Below, piece by piece: positions 13,225 to 25,500 of a stretch of DNA of 64,000 bases. Position numbers and translations under genes: made by a program. Within the stretch, counting starts at the first letter, position 1, and the number at the start of each line of letters is the position of its first letter. Below the pieces are notes generated by a model. It saw nothing but the letters and a program-made list of their open reading frames with translations. It made no database searches and was not told the DNA's origin. The stretch is from Amphiscolops sp. MND2022 (Eukaryota), in contig CAXLNC010001105.1 in NCBI GenBank assembly GCA_964187785.1, forward strand, positions 1 through 64,000, given 5' to 3'.

Positions 13225-14220
13225 TGTAACGCAAGCATTACGTCACTATCTAGGCAGCTAGCTAATGTTCGTTCCAAGTTTACGTCCTTGTTACGTCCAC
13301 TATAATGGCGGACTAAGTCTATCATTAAATCTACATCCACCTTACGTCCCAAATTTGTGGGAATATTCTTTTGGACTGTATAAAATTTGGAATTCCAATT
13401 AGTTTAGCAAAGAAATACATGTTTAATCTAGTCTAATCTGCGTCGGAATAACGTCAATTTTTGAGGTAGTTATAGGAGGGTCTGACTCTCACGTCCCGTT
13501 TACGGTAAGTGACAATTTTAACCACACTATAACGAACTTTACGTCCGTTCTGATTCATGCAAGAATAAACTCAACTTAGAAAAGGAGCTAGATTCTCATA
13601 ATTCAAGAAACTCCCTCAATCGCCTATGCATGAAAGGTCACAATTTATGTTTTTGCATGATCATAAAAAGTACTTGGTACATTGGTACCATCTAGCCTTG
13701 AAAACGTTCTAGCCTTATGAGATGTACTTCCGACTTGTTTTATACAACAAAATGGAGTCAATCACCAACAAAAATGAACTTAGGGAACCACGCCAGGCCT
13801 CCAACGGGCGATTGAAAAAACTTGGAAAAAGTGCCGACTCGAAATGAAGACTAGCAATGACAATGTTTAAGACAACGACTTACCAGCAACTTATTATAGG
13901 ACCAAGGTAGAAAAGGAAGCTGGTAGATTTCGGATGGTTTGTCGAGCACACACTGATAACCGACCACATACCTCCTTATATACGAACTAGTTCTAGTTCG
14001 TAACAGTACAATACATTACGCTCGAACAGTACCATTTAATGAACCTGAGACCAGCTTATAATACACTTACATCTCAGTATAAAATTCTACGTGCAGTATT
14101 GAACAGTCGATATTTCATTGCATATTTTGACAACCTCACACGTATGAATATAAATAGCTATTGGTGGTATTATCAGGAATCAAATACTGAATCAAACGAA
14201 ACATGAAATAGCGCGCTACA
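13225..14220 (+). repeat. E1 3' LTR
   Basis: Starts TGTAACGC and ends GCGCTACA (imperfect inverted termini, TG...CA); ~1 kb. Position is as expected after the internal region. Confidence 0.65.
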
Positions 14221-14499
14221 CCATCTTGAAACGTTAGCTACTTACCTCGACGTTGTCTAAGACCTCAATGATGAAAGCTTTATCAAAAATTTGTCTCATC
14301 ATAATTGCTGTCTTGTGGGAAATCAAGAACAACAAGAACAACAACGAAATACTTTGAGCGGAGTGATACAGAAATTGGAAATTGGATAGATTCCCTGAAT
14401 TGACAGGTTCTCTGACCTTTTTCACATAGTCCTGAAATTTTCGAGGACGTTTGGTTTGGTGCTAAAGAGATGGAGATCGTGAAGTTACTTCCTCCTTGG

Positions 14500-14830
14500 T
14501 ATAACGCAAATTACTTCGAATACAGCGTCAAAATTCGGATATAGCGCAATATTTTCGAACCTACGCCTGCTTTAGAAAAACACAATTCACTTCGGATATA
14601 ACGTCAAAAGTTCGGTTACAGCGTGCTGGTACAAATGGGAGCGCATTTTGTGGAAGTTACGCCTCCTCCGTAGTAAAATGCAATATAGTTCGGATATAAC
14701 GTCAAAAAAAATAGAAATAGCGCAATATTTTTCAATTTTCGCTTTCTCCTTAGTAAAACGCATTTAACTTCGTATATTAGTAAAACGCAATTTACTTCGA
14801 AAATAACTATGACCGTAACTTCGGATACAG
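14500..14830. repeat. Imperfect tandem motif array (TTCGGATA(T/C)A / AGTAAAACGCA)
   Basis: At least 5 copies of ttcggata(t/c)a-like motifs plus repeated agtaaaa(c/t)gca and tagcgcaatattt. Confidence 0.5.
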
Positions 14831-16199
14831 CCAAATGGCAGCTCCTTTTATAAGCACCGAGAGATTATAAAAATTTGGATAAAAGAACGCAACACAGAGT
14901 ATGGTTTTCCTCCCCCATAACATGTGGACGGAAAATAAGAAAATAAACGCCAATCACGTTAATATATTACTCAAAATACAAAGTCCAATGACATTTTGTG
15001 TATCTCAACAGTAGTAACAAATGGTAACTTTAGACGGTAGGCCGAACGATATTCAAATGTGTTTCAACTTTTGTTTAGAGATCAACAAGTCTGAATGTTT
15101 CAGCAACAGAAAAACAAATTAAATTCCAGAACCCGAAGTTTGCTCAGCAAATGTGGCCCAATTGTGATCTAGCAGATTAGGCCCTAAACTTCAACGTTTT
15201 GATTATGGTTTGACTTCAAACTACCTCAGAGTGAGTTTTCATGTTGTTGACACATTCAAGTGACCTTGAAAACCATTTCAGACAGGTACCAGCGAAAACC
15301 TACTACGTGAACCAAAAAGAACGGAACACACAAAAACTTCCGATCTTCAGAAATGTATTATTTGTAGTAAGGGTTCAGAAAACTGTAAAGTCAATCGTTC
15401 CAATCGGAGCTCTCATTACGTATTCAAAACTTCACCAAAACATGATTTGAACTCTCAGTGAACTTCTAGACATCCTAACCAGTCATCTTGTTTGCACTGC
15501 TGATGTTTGAAAGTCCTTGGACGCTCGAATGTGTGAAAGCAATGTTGTCAAATTGAGTGAATAACAAGCTGTAATTCAGCGGTCAAAGTTGTTTTGAAAC
15601 ATTTTGCTGGCAAATATTTGACATTTTCAGAGCAAAATAACTTTTATGCGTTCCGTTTTCGGTTCACCTAGTATTTAACCCCAACGCAATCACGAGGCTT
15701 GAAGTTCTGAACGGGCAAAACTGCTCGATGACCTGCCAAAAACGGTACACAAAAAATTCAAAACATCCACACTGCAAATATATGTGAACAAGATGTCAAA
15801 GTTTCCTAAGTTCGGTTTTGTCTATTGTCAATCATTTAGAACAAGGTCAGTTTGGAGGACAACATCGGAAAAAGTTGGCAGGTACTCCGAACTTAAAGAA
15901 TGAAATCACCATCCAAAACCCAGGTTTTTCCATCACATGCAGTTTGAAACATGTTTGTCACTTCTTGATTACTAGCTAAGTTTAAACTAACACTTTGTTT
16001 TGAGAACCTTTTTGTTACTATGTTTTGAAGCATGTGTTGAAGAATGTTTTGTTCTTGATTTGATAGACATACTTTTGTTGTTTCTTGTGGGTCAGTTAGA
16101 ACTAGGTGACCCAAACAGGAAAAAGAAAGGCAAAACAATGGTTTTTTCGAAGTAGTAATTTTTGTAAACAAGGCACTGAAATTCTTTTATTAACTATGT

Positions 16200-16900
16200 C
16201 TTGATCGGTCTCTATCATCATACGTTATCTCATTTTCTCTAACAATTAAAGACCAACTGTCTTTTTCAATTATACATTCAATGTGACCCCAACAAAACAG
16301 ATTTTTAGGACTTGAGTTTGAAACAAGTTGAGAGTTTGTAATCCAAGCAAAAGCATCATATTGAAAAGTGTTGAGTTTAGTTCTACGGAAAGGAGGTTGT
16401 CTAGTTCCAAGGAGGCGTTGTCATTGAACATCATCAAAGAAGGTCAAAGAGTTACTATAATCAAAAGCAGTAAGTTGAGGATTGTCGGTTCTGTTTAGGC
16501 GACGAATTGCATGTTCGTATTCTGTAAAGTCTAATTACAGACGTTCCTCGCTATTTTGATGAAAATAAGTACGGTCATTACGGCGATAATTATTTTCATA
16601 TTGAGCACAAACAAACATTTTCCGCGTTTGATATAAGCTTCGCATGTCCACCAATTGTGACGTTTAGCATTAGGACGAACAAAGACATTAGCGATAGCAC
16701 GGGTGCTTTCGCAAGATGAAGGAGCTGGAGCAAATTGTTGAATTCAATTAAACGAAATTGGCGGTTATGTTTTATGGAGCAATCATAATGAGAAACCAAA
16801 AGATCAGCGAAAAGAGGATCATTGGGTGCAACTAAATCAGTAGGAGGATGGGAAAAAAGGACAGGGAGTACAACGATTGAGTGCGGGAGAAAGAAGAAAG
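16200..16900 (-). pseudogene. E3 env-like glycoprotein fragment
   Basis: NDPLFADLLVSHYDCSIKHNRQF. The reverse complement of 16320-16530 aligns with E4 env at 55840-56040. Confidence 0.7.
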
Positions 16901-18512
16901 GAAACAACGTAAAGAATGAGATATGATGGGAAAAAAAATAAAATTTAGGCGGTGTCTTTTAAAAATGTGAGGGTATTGAGAAATGTTTTAGAAACGTTAA
17001 TGAGACGAAAAGGTGATTGATCGCTAACAAAAAGGATCAAATTGGTAGCAATGAAAAGACGTGGTAGATATTCAAGTTTTACAGTTGTTTGAGAAAGAAT
17101 CGGAGGCGGACCTATCTTTTGGAAGGTAGCAGTTATATCAATATTTAGGTTTCAGGTTGGTTTTTCTAGTTTCAAGTTGGTAGTTTCTAGTGGTTGAAAC
17201 TCTTTGCGACGACGTTCGTCTGAAACTTGATTATTAGAATTTAATTTGAGGATGGCAAGAAAAAAAATCGAGGATCTTGAAGAGGATGACAGACAAGAGT
17301 ATTGTTGATAATTAAGGTGTAAACAGCTCGACTAGGTGTATTAGTTGAGAAGTGATGAGTTGTAAGGGTAATATTCGGAAGGTGACTGTCAGAAGGAAGC
17401 ATACTAGGTCTTTGAGAAACTGTTCGAAAAAAAGTGTCCTGTAGAAATGAAACAGGAGAGTGCGGAGCGTTGTGAAAAAGTAGTATCTACACCAGAAGTT
17501 TGGTTATTGTTTTATGATGAAAGTGTATCAGATGAAAGAGATTGAGCGTGATGCCATTCTAAAGAGGAGTTAGTTCTGCATGTTCGAAAATACAAAAAAT
17601 AGGTCCTATGTACTGAATTAAACGTGAATTAGGGTCCATGTATAAATGTTGGAATTGTCTGTAACAAGTATATGGAAAAGATTTAGCTTTAAAATTGGAG
17701 TTAAGGTAAAAGGTTTTTCTTATTGTTTCAACCATGTACAAACAGTGCAGAGAACAGGGTCATTTTTGTGAGGTTGTAGTAGAATGGGAATCGTTAAAAA
17801 GGTGTTACTAGGAAGAGAGAAATTTTCAAATACTTTACAAGAGCAAAAAAGCGGGGTCAAAAATGGAAATGATTGAGTAGATGTAAGTTTAGGAGAAGTT
17901 TGGATTATAGCATTGGTGTGAGGAAAATTGTCAGAGGGTGGTATGAAAGAGTTTGTCATCTTTGTTATAGTTTCTTGAGAAAGTTGAGAATCATGAAAAT
18001 TTTGCTGTTGAATTTCAAAAGATAACTTTTCAGTCAGTTTCAATAAAAATTTGGTTTTATTGAAGTAATATCTTGACTTAGTTTTTCATGGGATTTCATA
18101 TTTATTTAAAAAGGAGGAAGCGGATCGAAAACAAAGAATCAATTGGATTGTAAGTGACAAATTTATCTTCATCTTGAATACGTAGTGTGAATTGACCATT
18201 ACCATAAGCAACAAGAACTAGGTGGAATCATAGACCAAATATTGAACTTGTTTTAAAGAGTTATTTGGTTTGAGTTGAATGAATTCAATGTGGTGGTAGT
18301 GTATTGTGTTGTAATTGATACATTTTGTTTGTTATATATGAAAAATCTTGACTAAGTTTAGCAGCAACAGTTAGGTTAGTACCTGCAGTGTGAATGATTT
18401 GTCGTGATCAGTAAAAATAGTTATTAGGAAAATGGAGCAAATGAGAAAAAATTCGTATTGAGAAAGTGCAAAAAGTATAGCAGCTTTCTCGATCATAAGT
18501 TGAAAGTTTTTG

Positions 18513-19199
18513 TTATTGAGTTATTAAAATACGAGAATTGTAAGAGATAACTTGCATTTTGTTACCTGAGTTGGATGGGAAAAATATCGCACCAAAACCT
18601 GTAAGAGAAGCGCCAACTGTAATATAGGTGTGATAATCCTCCTCCTCGGAGTCCTCTTCTGACATTATTGTTTCGTCTAGATTCGGTGCGTTTTGATAAA
18701 GTGGTCTAGCAGGATTCCTTAATTCTCTCATATCAGAGGCTCTGAGGGGATGATCAACCTCATTCTCAGTATCTGAGTTTTCTATATTAGATGCGCGTAC
18801 TCCACTAGACTTATCGTTTTTGGATCCCGATGGTTGAGAATTCTGAGTACCATTCAGTTCAGACCTGGGATTTGTTATTGTTGATGCTGTTTTACTTGTT
18901 CTTAATTCCTTCAAAATTGCATCAAACTTGTTTTCCATTTCTTCTCTCATTTTCATTATTCTGTTGTTGTCCTTTTGCACAAAACTTTCTGTCCATGCTT
19001 GGATTCCATTACTGATTTGACTGGGTTCTATTAGTAGGGTCCTATTCTCGTCTCTACCTAAAGGTCCTTGAATAACAGTATTAACATTATCTAGAGTTTC
19101 ATTACCTTGGATTGGTGTTTCTATTCGGGTTTCACTCAAATCTCTGTCAGTAGAAGGGGTTTCTTGCCTTCTTGATCTCCTGTTCTTCTTATTTCCCAT
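18513..19199 (-). CDS. Chimeric ORF: LTR-encoded Gag N-terminus fused in frame to E3 RNase H
   Basis: ATG 19199 MGNKKNRRSRRQ... is open for ~190 codons to the LTR end. It continues through the TSD into YITVGASLTGFGAIFF...MQVISYNSRIL (RNase H). Confidence 0.6.
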   Translation of the reverse strand: MGNKKNRRSRRQETPSTDRDLSETRIETPIQGNETLDNVNTVIQGPLGRDENRTLLIEPSQISNGIQAWTESFVQKDNNRIMKMREEMENKFDAILKELRTSKTASTITNPRSELNGTQNSQPSGSKNDKSSGVRASNIENSDTENEVDHPLRASDMRELRNPARPLYQNAPNLDETIMSEEDSEEEDYHTYITVGASLTGFGAIFFPSNSGNKMQVISYNSRILITQ

Positions 19200-20155
19200 T
19201 GTTCTCAAGTGAAAAATGTATTGAGTTTATTGGGGAAGAATTTGAATTCAGCTGAGAGTTCCAACAAAACAAATTGGAAAATGAGACAAGTGTTGATTAT
19301 GAGAAACTGCTTTTTTAGTGGTTTGGAGTGTGGGTTTTTTCAACTGATTTCAACGGGAGTTATTTCAAGTTATATCGGGTTCTAAGGTTCTGAGCACAAG
19401 GGAAAAAATTATGGGGATTACACCCGTTTTAATGGGTGTCATGGTCTTTAAATTCTATGAAAAGAATTACGTCATGTGTCGTAATTCTATTTATAACTCT
19501 AAATATATATTGCATGACAAGCAGAAACAAGTAATGTAGAGCTACGACAAAAACCCTGGAAAACTGCATAATGACCTATATACGGTCTCAAATTTCCGCA
19601 TATCAGCGAATAATCACAATGCAAAAATGGTATACTGCCGTGTGATGGAAAACGCGGAAAACCGCATATTGACGCATAGGCGCCGGCGATTTTCCGCATA
19701 GTGACGTATAAAGATCACTGTGACAACGTATGGTGATGCATAATTACTATCCTCAAACAGCATGATGAAGTGTATTCATTTCCACATTTTCGTACTGTGA
19801 CGCATGTTCATTGATGTGAAAAGTCACGTTTAGATAAATCATTGTACTTACATTCACAGATTATGGCCTAAATTCAACTAAATAACTCAATATTTCAAGC
19901 TACAATTAGGGTGAAAAGTTAAGAAAAACTTGGTCAACATGTCTTAATTTACACCTGACTTCGACAATACAATCAAAAAAATTAAAAAATAAATCTTTAC
20001 ATGACTTAATTCGTTGATTGGGGTAAACAACAAGACAATAAAAGCAAAGAGATAAAAGGGGGGATACAGTTTATTGAGTTTCATCAGATTGAGTTTGTCT
20101 TTTAGGCTGCTTCTTCGTTTTCCTTTTTACCCAGAGCACCCATGAGGCTGCGACA
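18629..20155 (-). repeat. E2 3' LTR
   Basis: tgtgataatcc...catgaggctgcgaca, roughly 95% identical by eye to 32653-34286. Lacks a ~90-bp segment bounded by a cgtat microhomology. Confidence 0.95.
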
Positions 20156-21169
20156 GTCCCGCACCTTTAAAGGAGAGCAGTGCAGCCTCAAACCCATCTA
20201 TAAAGGCACGGGACCTGACACCTCTGTCCCTGACCGTCTCCCCGTCATAAGCAGTCGCAATGAGGTACTCCCCCAGCGTCTCTAATGCTATCAGATCATA
20301 GCATTTTCCACACCATTTGCAAAATCTAGCAACGTTTGGCATTAATGGGGGCAGAAGTCGGTACTGTAGTCTTTCTTGAAAGGGCAAGAGCAGTAGATTT
20401 GTACTATGTCCCACTTGGAACGGGAAGTGAGGAGAGGGTCCAGCATTATGTCCAGTAATCAGTTGTGAAACATGGGCACTTCCTTCATGGGGCGGTATCT
20501 GGATCATTATTGGTGCATTACTATATATAGGCAAACCATTGGGATTAGCGGAGAAGACCCCATTGTTGCCTAATATTCTTGGTTGGATATCGTTAACAGG
20601 GTGATTTGCTTGTTGATGTCTAGGTCGATAATTTGTTGGGGTTGATAAATTGGGTAGGTATTTGCAAAATTAGGCGGGTAAGTAGGTATGGGTCTATTGA
20701 CCACTGTCGCCTCGTGGTTTTTGCTTCTTGGCGTAGGAAGGATTGCCGCAGCTGGCCTCCCGTAGCTGTTTATCGGTCCTGTCGAAGATTCGGACGGTTC
20801 CCAAGGAGACGTGGGAGAGTCTTCCAGTTCCGTATCAATGAATGAGGTTGACGAAGACCCTCTACTCAATTGATGCCCATCGATGATTTCCATCATCTGA
20901 CGCTCAATTTGTGTCCCAGCAGTGTAAATTGTCTCAACAATTGAAAGGTCTTCTGGTCCAGACGCAAACAGGGTTGCCGAAGTTGCACCCACGAATGCCG
21001 TCAACATATCCGATCTCGGCCCACCAACTCTGAATCTTTCCTCTATGTCGGACAGATCATTTGGATGAACGACAAATTCTTCGCCTGAATCGCTTGATAC
21101 ATCAATAATCTCAGGAGATTGAACTGAGAGCAAAGGGCTATCTTCAAGGGTGAATTGCAGGTTATTCAT
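20127..21169 (-). pseudogene. E2 sense accessory ORF (~340 aa, one frameshift) with CxxC motif
   Basis: ATG 21169. The 199-aa and 135-aa ORF-track pieces join through one frameshift near 20610. C-terminus RFCKWCGKCYDL...RAFIDGFEAA; stop falls inside the LTR. Confidence 0.6.
20156..20172 (-). promoter_or_regulatory. E2 polypurine tract (candidate)
   Basis: AAAGGTGCGGGAC lies immediately 5' of the 3' LTR on the minus strand. Confidence 0.5.
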
Positions 21170-21238
21170 GTCCTCTTCTTATGTTGTAGATTGATTTTCG
21201 CCGGTAGATTTTAAAGGTAGGTTTCGTTTCAGTTGAAC

Positions 21239-21505
21239 TTACTGCTTTTGGGCGAGTTAAAAGACCATATGGTGATTGTCTTTTCCGTTTCTCTCGCTTA
21301 TAACAAAACCCCGCGGAAAAACTGAGTGTCATGATTTCGGGGTTTTCGTTTTCCTTATGGGGTCTTTTCTGTGGTAGAAATTGTTGATTTCGAAATTGTC
21401 AAGTTTCCTTTTTAATTCGATATGAACATCTTCCATTGTAGGCATTCCTTCGGTTTTCGGGGAGAATCTCATCCTCACCCAAGACGCTTGACAGTGTTGA
21501 ATCAT
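21239..21505 (-). pseudogene. E2 small sense ORF (~88 codons, decayed)
   Basis: ATG 21505 MIQHCQ, frameshift, then DEILPENRRNAYNGRCSYRIKRKLDNFEINNFYHRKDPIRK...HSVFPRGFVISERNGKDNHHMVF. Two internal stops. Confidence 0.4.
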
Positions 21506-22516
21506 TTTAATGTAATATAAACAAAATACCGACTTAACTTCAAAGAGTTACATGACTCATAAATTTCATCGATAATGAAATGAAATGAAAAATGAAGAAC
21601 ATATCTAAACTTACATGACTGGGAAATCATATTCATGAATGAAGGTTTTCAGAGCTGAAAGTTTTGATTTATTCTTATGAAAAGGATACATTTACATATA
21701 GTTCATCAAAGTTTTGTTTTGAAAAGTGCGCTACATCTATGAAAGTAAAAGAACATTATATCATGTTTCTTGTATGTTTTCTTCATTTGTTTCAACTATA
21801 TCAGTTTGACAACGTGTGGAAATTTGTTTTGATCGTAGATCATCATTGCTTGCATGTCCAATAATGTGGTTCCAACTGTTGAACACCATAATATCCCAAG
21901 AGAATGAAGTTTTGTGCTTTGCGTTCTTCATAATGTGAGAAAACAACTTTCTGCGTTTTGTTGAGTTTCCGCCTCATGCCGCATACGCGGTTCCAGGTTT
22001 CTGCCGCATGTGTAGTGGCGAGGTTCTGTATGTTGCCGCATATGCGGTCGTAAATTTCCGCATACTGCCGCATAATTATTTGTATCATTTCCGCATACTG
22101 CCGCATAAGAAGTGGTGAAAATCCGTCTTTTGCCGCATTGTAGCCACTAATGAGAATTACATTGCTGGTTGCTTTCTAATTGTGGTAATTACGTAATCGT
22201 CCATTCTGGCAGCAATGAACGGCAATTAATTAACCAATCAGATTAGAGTATTTTCTGCATTAGTGCGCAAATTTTGTTTTCATTTGCTTTTTGCCTTTCA
22301 ATTTACGCCACGCCTTCATTATCGTCTCCTGTGTAGTCGTATCATTTAACATTTTCATTCAGTTTTTCAAAGTTTGTACTCGTTTGAGTTAAAGTCATTT
22401 GAGTTGTGAGTAGATTCTTCATTCTTTTCGTTGTCAATTCTCCGCAGTTTTCGTTCATTTCACTATTAAATTAACCATTTCTGCATTGTTTATCTTCTGG
22501 ATATCATATTATTGTC

Positions 22517-25500
22517 ATGGATTCTCCTGGGCAGAGGAAATCACGGGAAAATTAACTCCGAGGAAGCAAACGGCAAGCTGGGGATACAAGTCTCCTCCTG
22601 CTACTACACCTGGTGAGTCCACTCTCTTGTTCAATTTGGGTACCGATTTTGTTAAGGTTTCTTCTTGATAAGAGAAGTTCTAGTTTCCGGTTAACTGGCC
22701 AGGTTAACCATGGGCGTGATCTATATCTCAGTTTCGATCACAATCAATATTTTCTTGATGTAAAGGCTTCCGGTTTAAATTCAATTACTTCCGCATTACT
22801 TTGGTTTCCCGCCACCGCGTCCGGTTTTGGTCATTTTCATTCAACGGAATTCATTGAAGTGGATTTGTTTTGAGGCTTATTTCATCAATAAACCGGTTTG
22901 TTTTAGTTGAACTCGGTTCTTCGCAGAAATCTCCAGCTCGCAGTGGCTACTTCTCCACGATTTAGTTCATTTCTATTGCGACCAGAGGATTTATCGTCTC
23001 GCGCTGAAACGCCTGAAATGGTTACTACTGATGTTCCCATGGACGTCAGTGAAGCTTCTGATCCGCCCATGACTATAGCAATTCAGGAAGATCCCCCTGT
23101 AAATCCTCCTCCCGCAAATCAAGATTTGGTCAAAACCGTCAGGAAGTTTTCGCTCTCACCAGTGTCTTGGGACGTTTACCACAGTCAATGATCAGTCAAC
23201 CCGGGACCAGCAGTTCTGGTAACATTACTTTCAACATTGCAGATGATCCGCCACAGTCCCCTACCAGGAATTTAACCCAGCAACCTCGGGATCAAGGAGC
23301 TAGCCAAGAGTTGGAAAAACCCAACACGTATTCAAGTTGTGAGGAGACCCAAGTAACAAGGGGCAAACGTCAGAGGCCCAAAAATTCAAAAAAAACGAAC
23401 ATGTTACGCAAACATCCTGTGTTGAAGTTCTTTGCTACTGGGCCTATGGACCGATCCAAGACACCGTATAAGTGGTGGTGCTGGGTATGCCGTGTGGAAT
23501 TGTCTTTGATGAGTTGTGGAGTACTTGAGTTACTTTCTCGCTTCAAAACTGATGCACATCTAATCAAGGAGCACCGAATTCGACTAGAGACTCCTGGAAT
23601 TACGCTCTTCGATCGATCTGAGAAAGAATTAGTTGGGAGTGAGCTCAACGAAGCCACCAGAGTTGCAAAAGAGATGTACCGAATAGCCCCGCAAATGGAT
23701 GTGTATCGACTGTTGGTGAGACAGGACAAATTACCAGTTTAACTGGGATGTAGGACGCCTCTTTCCTGGCCATTCCCAAGCCTCAACTTACAGTTGGAGT
23801 AGGCATCGGTTATTTGTAAGTAGTCCTATTTTTTAGGTCGTACTCAATATGTTTTGGTACGTTGATCCATTTTTATTCTTTTGCAGGCCATTCTGGTTTT
23901 AATGTACCGAGAACTGCTGCGTTATAGTGCTTCTTCTATCACTGCTTCTGAGACATATTCGCTTTCGTTCCAGTACAGTCAATTCAAAACACACATCTTC
24001 CTCAACTTCTGGTCGGGAAATGTGTTTTATCAAATTTGTTTGGGAGCTGGGCCCCAAGGAACTTTAATCCCCAAACGTATGATGGGAATCATTGCATCCT
24101 TCTTGGGGTTATTTGATTCGCCTCCGTCATATGTCTGCTTAGTGGACTGCCCTGAGAAACTCTGCGCATACCTCAAAACTTCACTGCCCGGAAAACTTCA
24201 CTTCCCACGTCACGGATACTTGAGAGACACGACTATCGAACAATTCTCGACTTTCTTTTGATGAAGTTACGAACCGCATTAGACCGAGATTGGTTACAAT
24301 TGCTCTCAACTTTGCACAAGGTTTATAAAAGTTTATCTGTTGTAGAAAAACTGTGAATTACATGATGTGTTTTATGGTTTTATCTTGCTATGAGTGCGTT
24401 CTTGACCTTTCGTATACCTCCCAAGAAGCTGCAATCTTGATTGAGACGCTGTCCGTCCACTGGGACAAAGTTCTGGATCACCTCAATCGTGTATCCCGGC
24501 TACCATCATACCGCTTTCATATGCGAGAGGTACGTATGAAATTTCTGTCATTTATTTATTTTCCTCAGCGTCATAGACCCAATCACAAAATTGGTTTTGA
24601 GCCCAACATCTTGGATGAGTGTTTTCGCCTCGACACAGCTTACTTGGCTCGTCTCTTCATCATTCGCTGTGTCCTTGATCATTGTTAGTTTCGTTTTCCT
24701 GTCGCGTTTCAACACAACTCTCTACCGAATAGGAAGTTTTCATTATGTGTTTTCTCGGGTGGATACGTATTCGTTTCAATCTTTTCGCAAAATATGACCT
24801 CTAGCAATGTATTTCCAGTCCCACGTGCTTCTTCATATCAATTTCACGTTGTATACTTGCTTCTTCAATTAAATGAATGATGCACGTGAAGAAAATCATT
24901 AGATTCGCGGAACGCCGTATATTCGTCGGCATTATTTTGCATGTCGTTGTTTAGCTGAAATCCACAGATTGCATTGTGATGTACGTTCGTTCAATAAAAG
25001 GTGCATGATGGAGTATATCCATCAGCTTGAGCGGTACAGACTTGTACATTCACTGGTTGTAATCCGCATAGGGACGTGTAGTTACCGGCTGAAAACCGCG
25101 TAGTACCGCATAGTCACTCATCGTAATCCGCATAATAACGTATAAGCGTTTGTTTTAAAAACGTATACTGGTGATAGTCTCTGGCTGAATTCCGCGGTAT
25201 GCCGTATAAGCATTTGCTGAAAACTGCATGGTGACGTATGATCACCGGCTGGTTCTCGCAGCGTGACGTATAAGCATTTGCTGAAAGCCGCATAGTGACG
25301 TGTAAACATCAGCGGATAGTAGCACAGTTGAATATAAACGCCATTTCAAAAGTGAATAATGACGCATAACAATTTTATTGCTTGTTATTCAATACTAGGA
25401 AGTGTTTCGTATTTATTCCGACTAATTTCTGGTCAAATTTGTGTTAATTCGTTCAATAATTTCCGTGTTTCAGACAATTTCGCATTCGCAGAGGTCCATG

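Larger units (their letters stand above)
5150..14220 (+). mobile_element. E1: 5'-truncated Ty3/gypsy LTR retrotransposon with accessory region
   Basis: Decayed RT-RNase H-integrase from ~5150 to ~8240, then ~5 kb of accessory region, then an LTR at 13225-14220. No gag, protease or 5' LTR. Confidence 0.8.

Noticed and set aside
5183-14224. Possible CCAT TSD around E1
   Set aside because: The left CCAT is part of the RT codons (PFSK), and the element is 5'-truncated.
14234-14500. 63-aa ORF ending at a GTAAGT donor, possibly a host exon
   Set aside because: The upstream frame reads TKRPRKFQDYV, typical of a retroelement pol tail; no support as a host exon.
24530-24568. 39-nt in-frame GT-AG intron
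   Set aside because: Very short. Alignment with E1 favours a single intron from 24530 to 25559.
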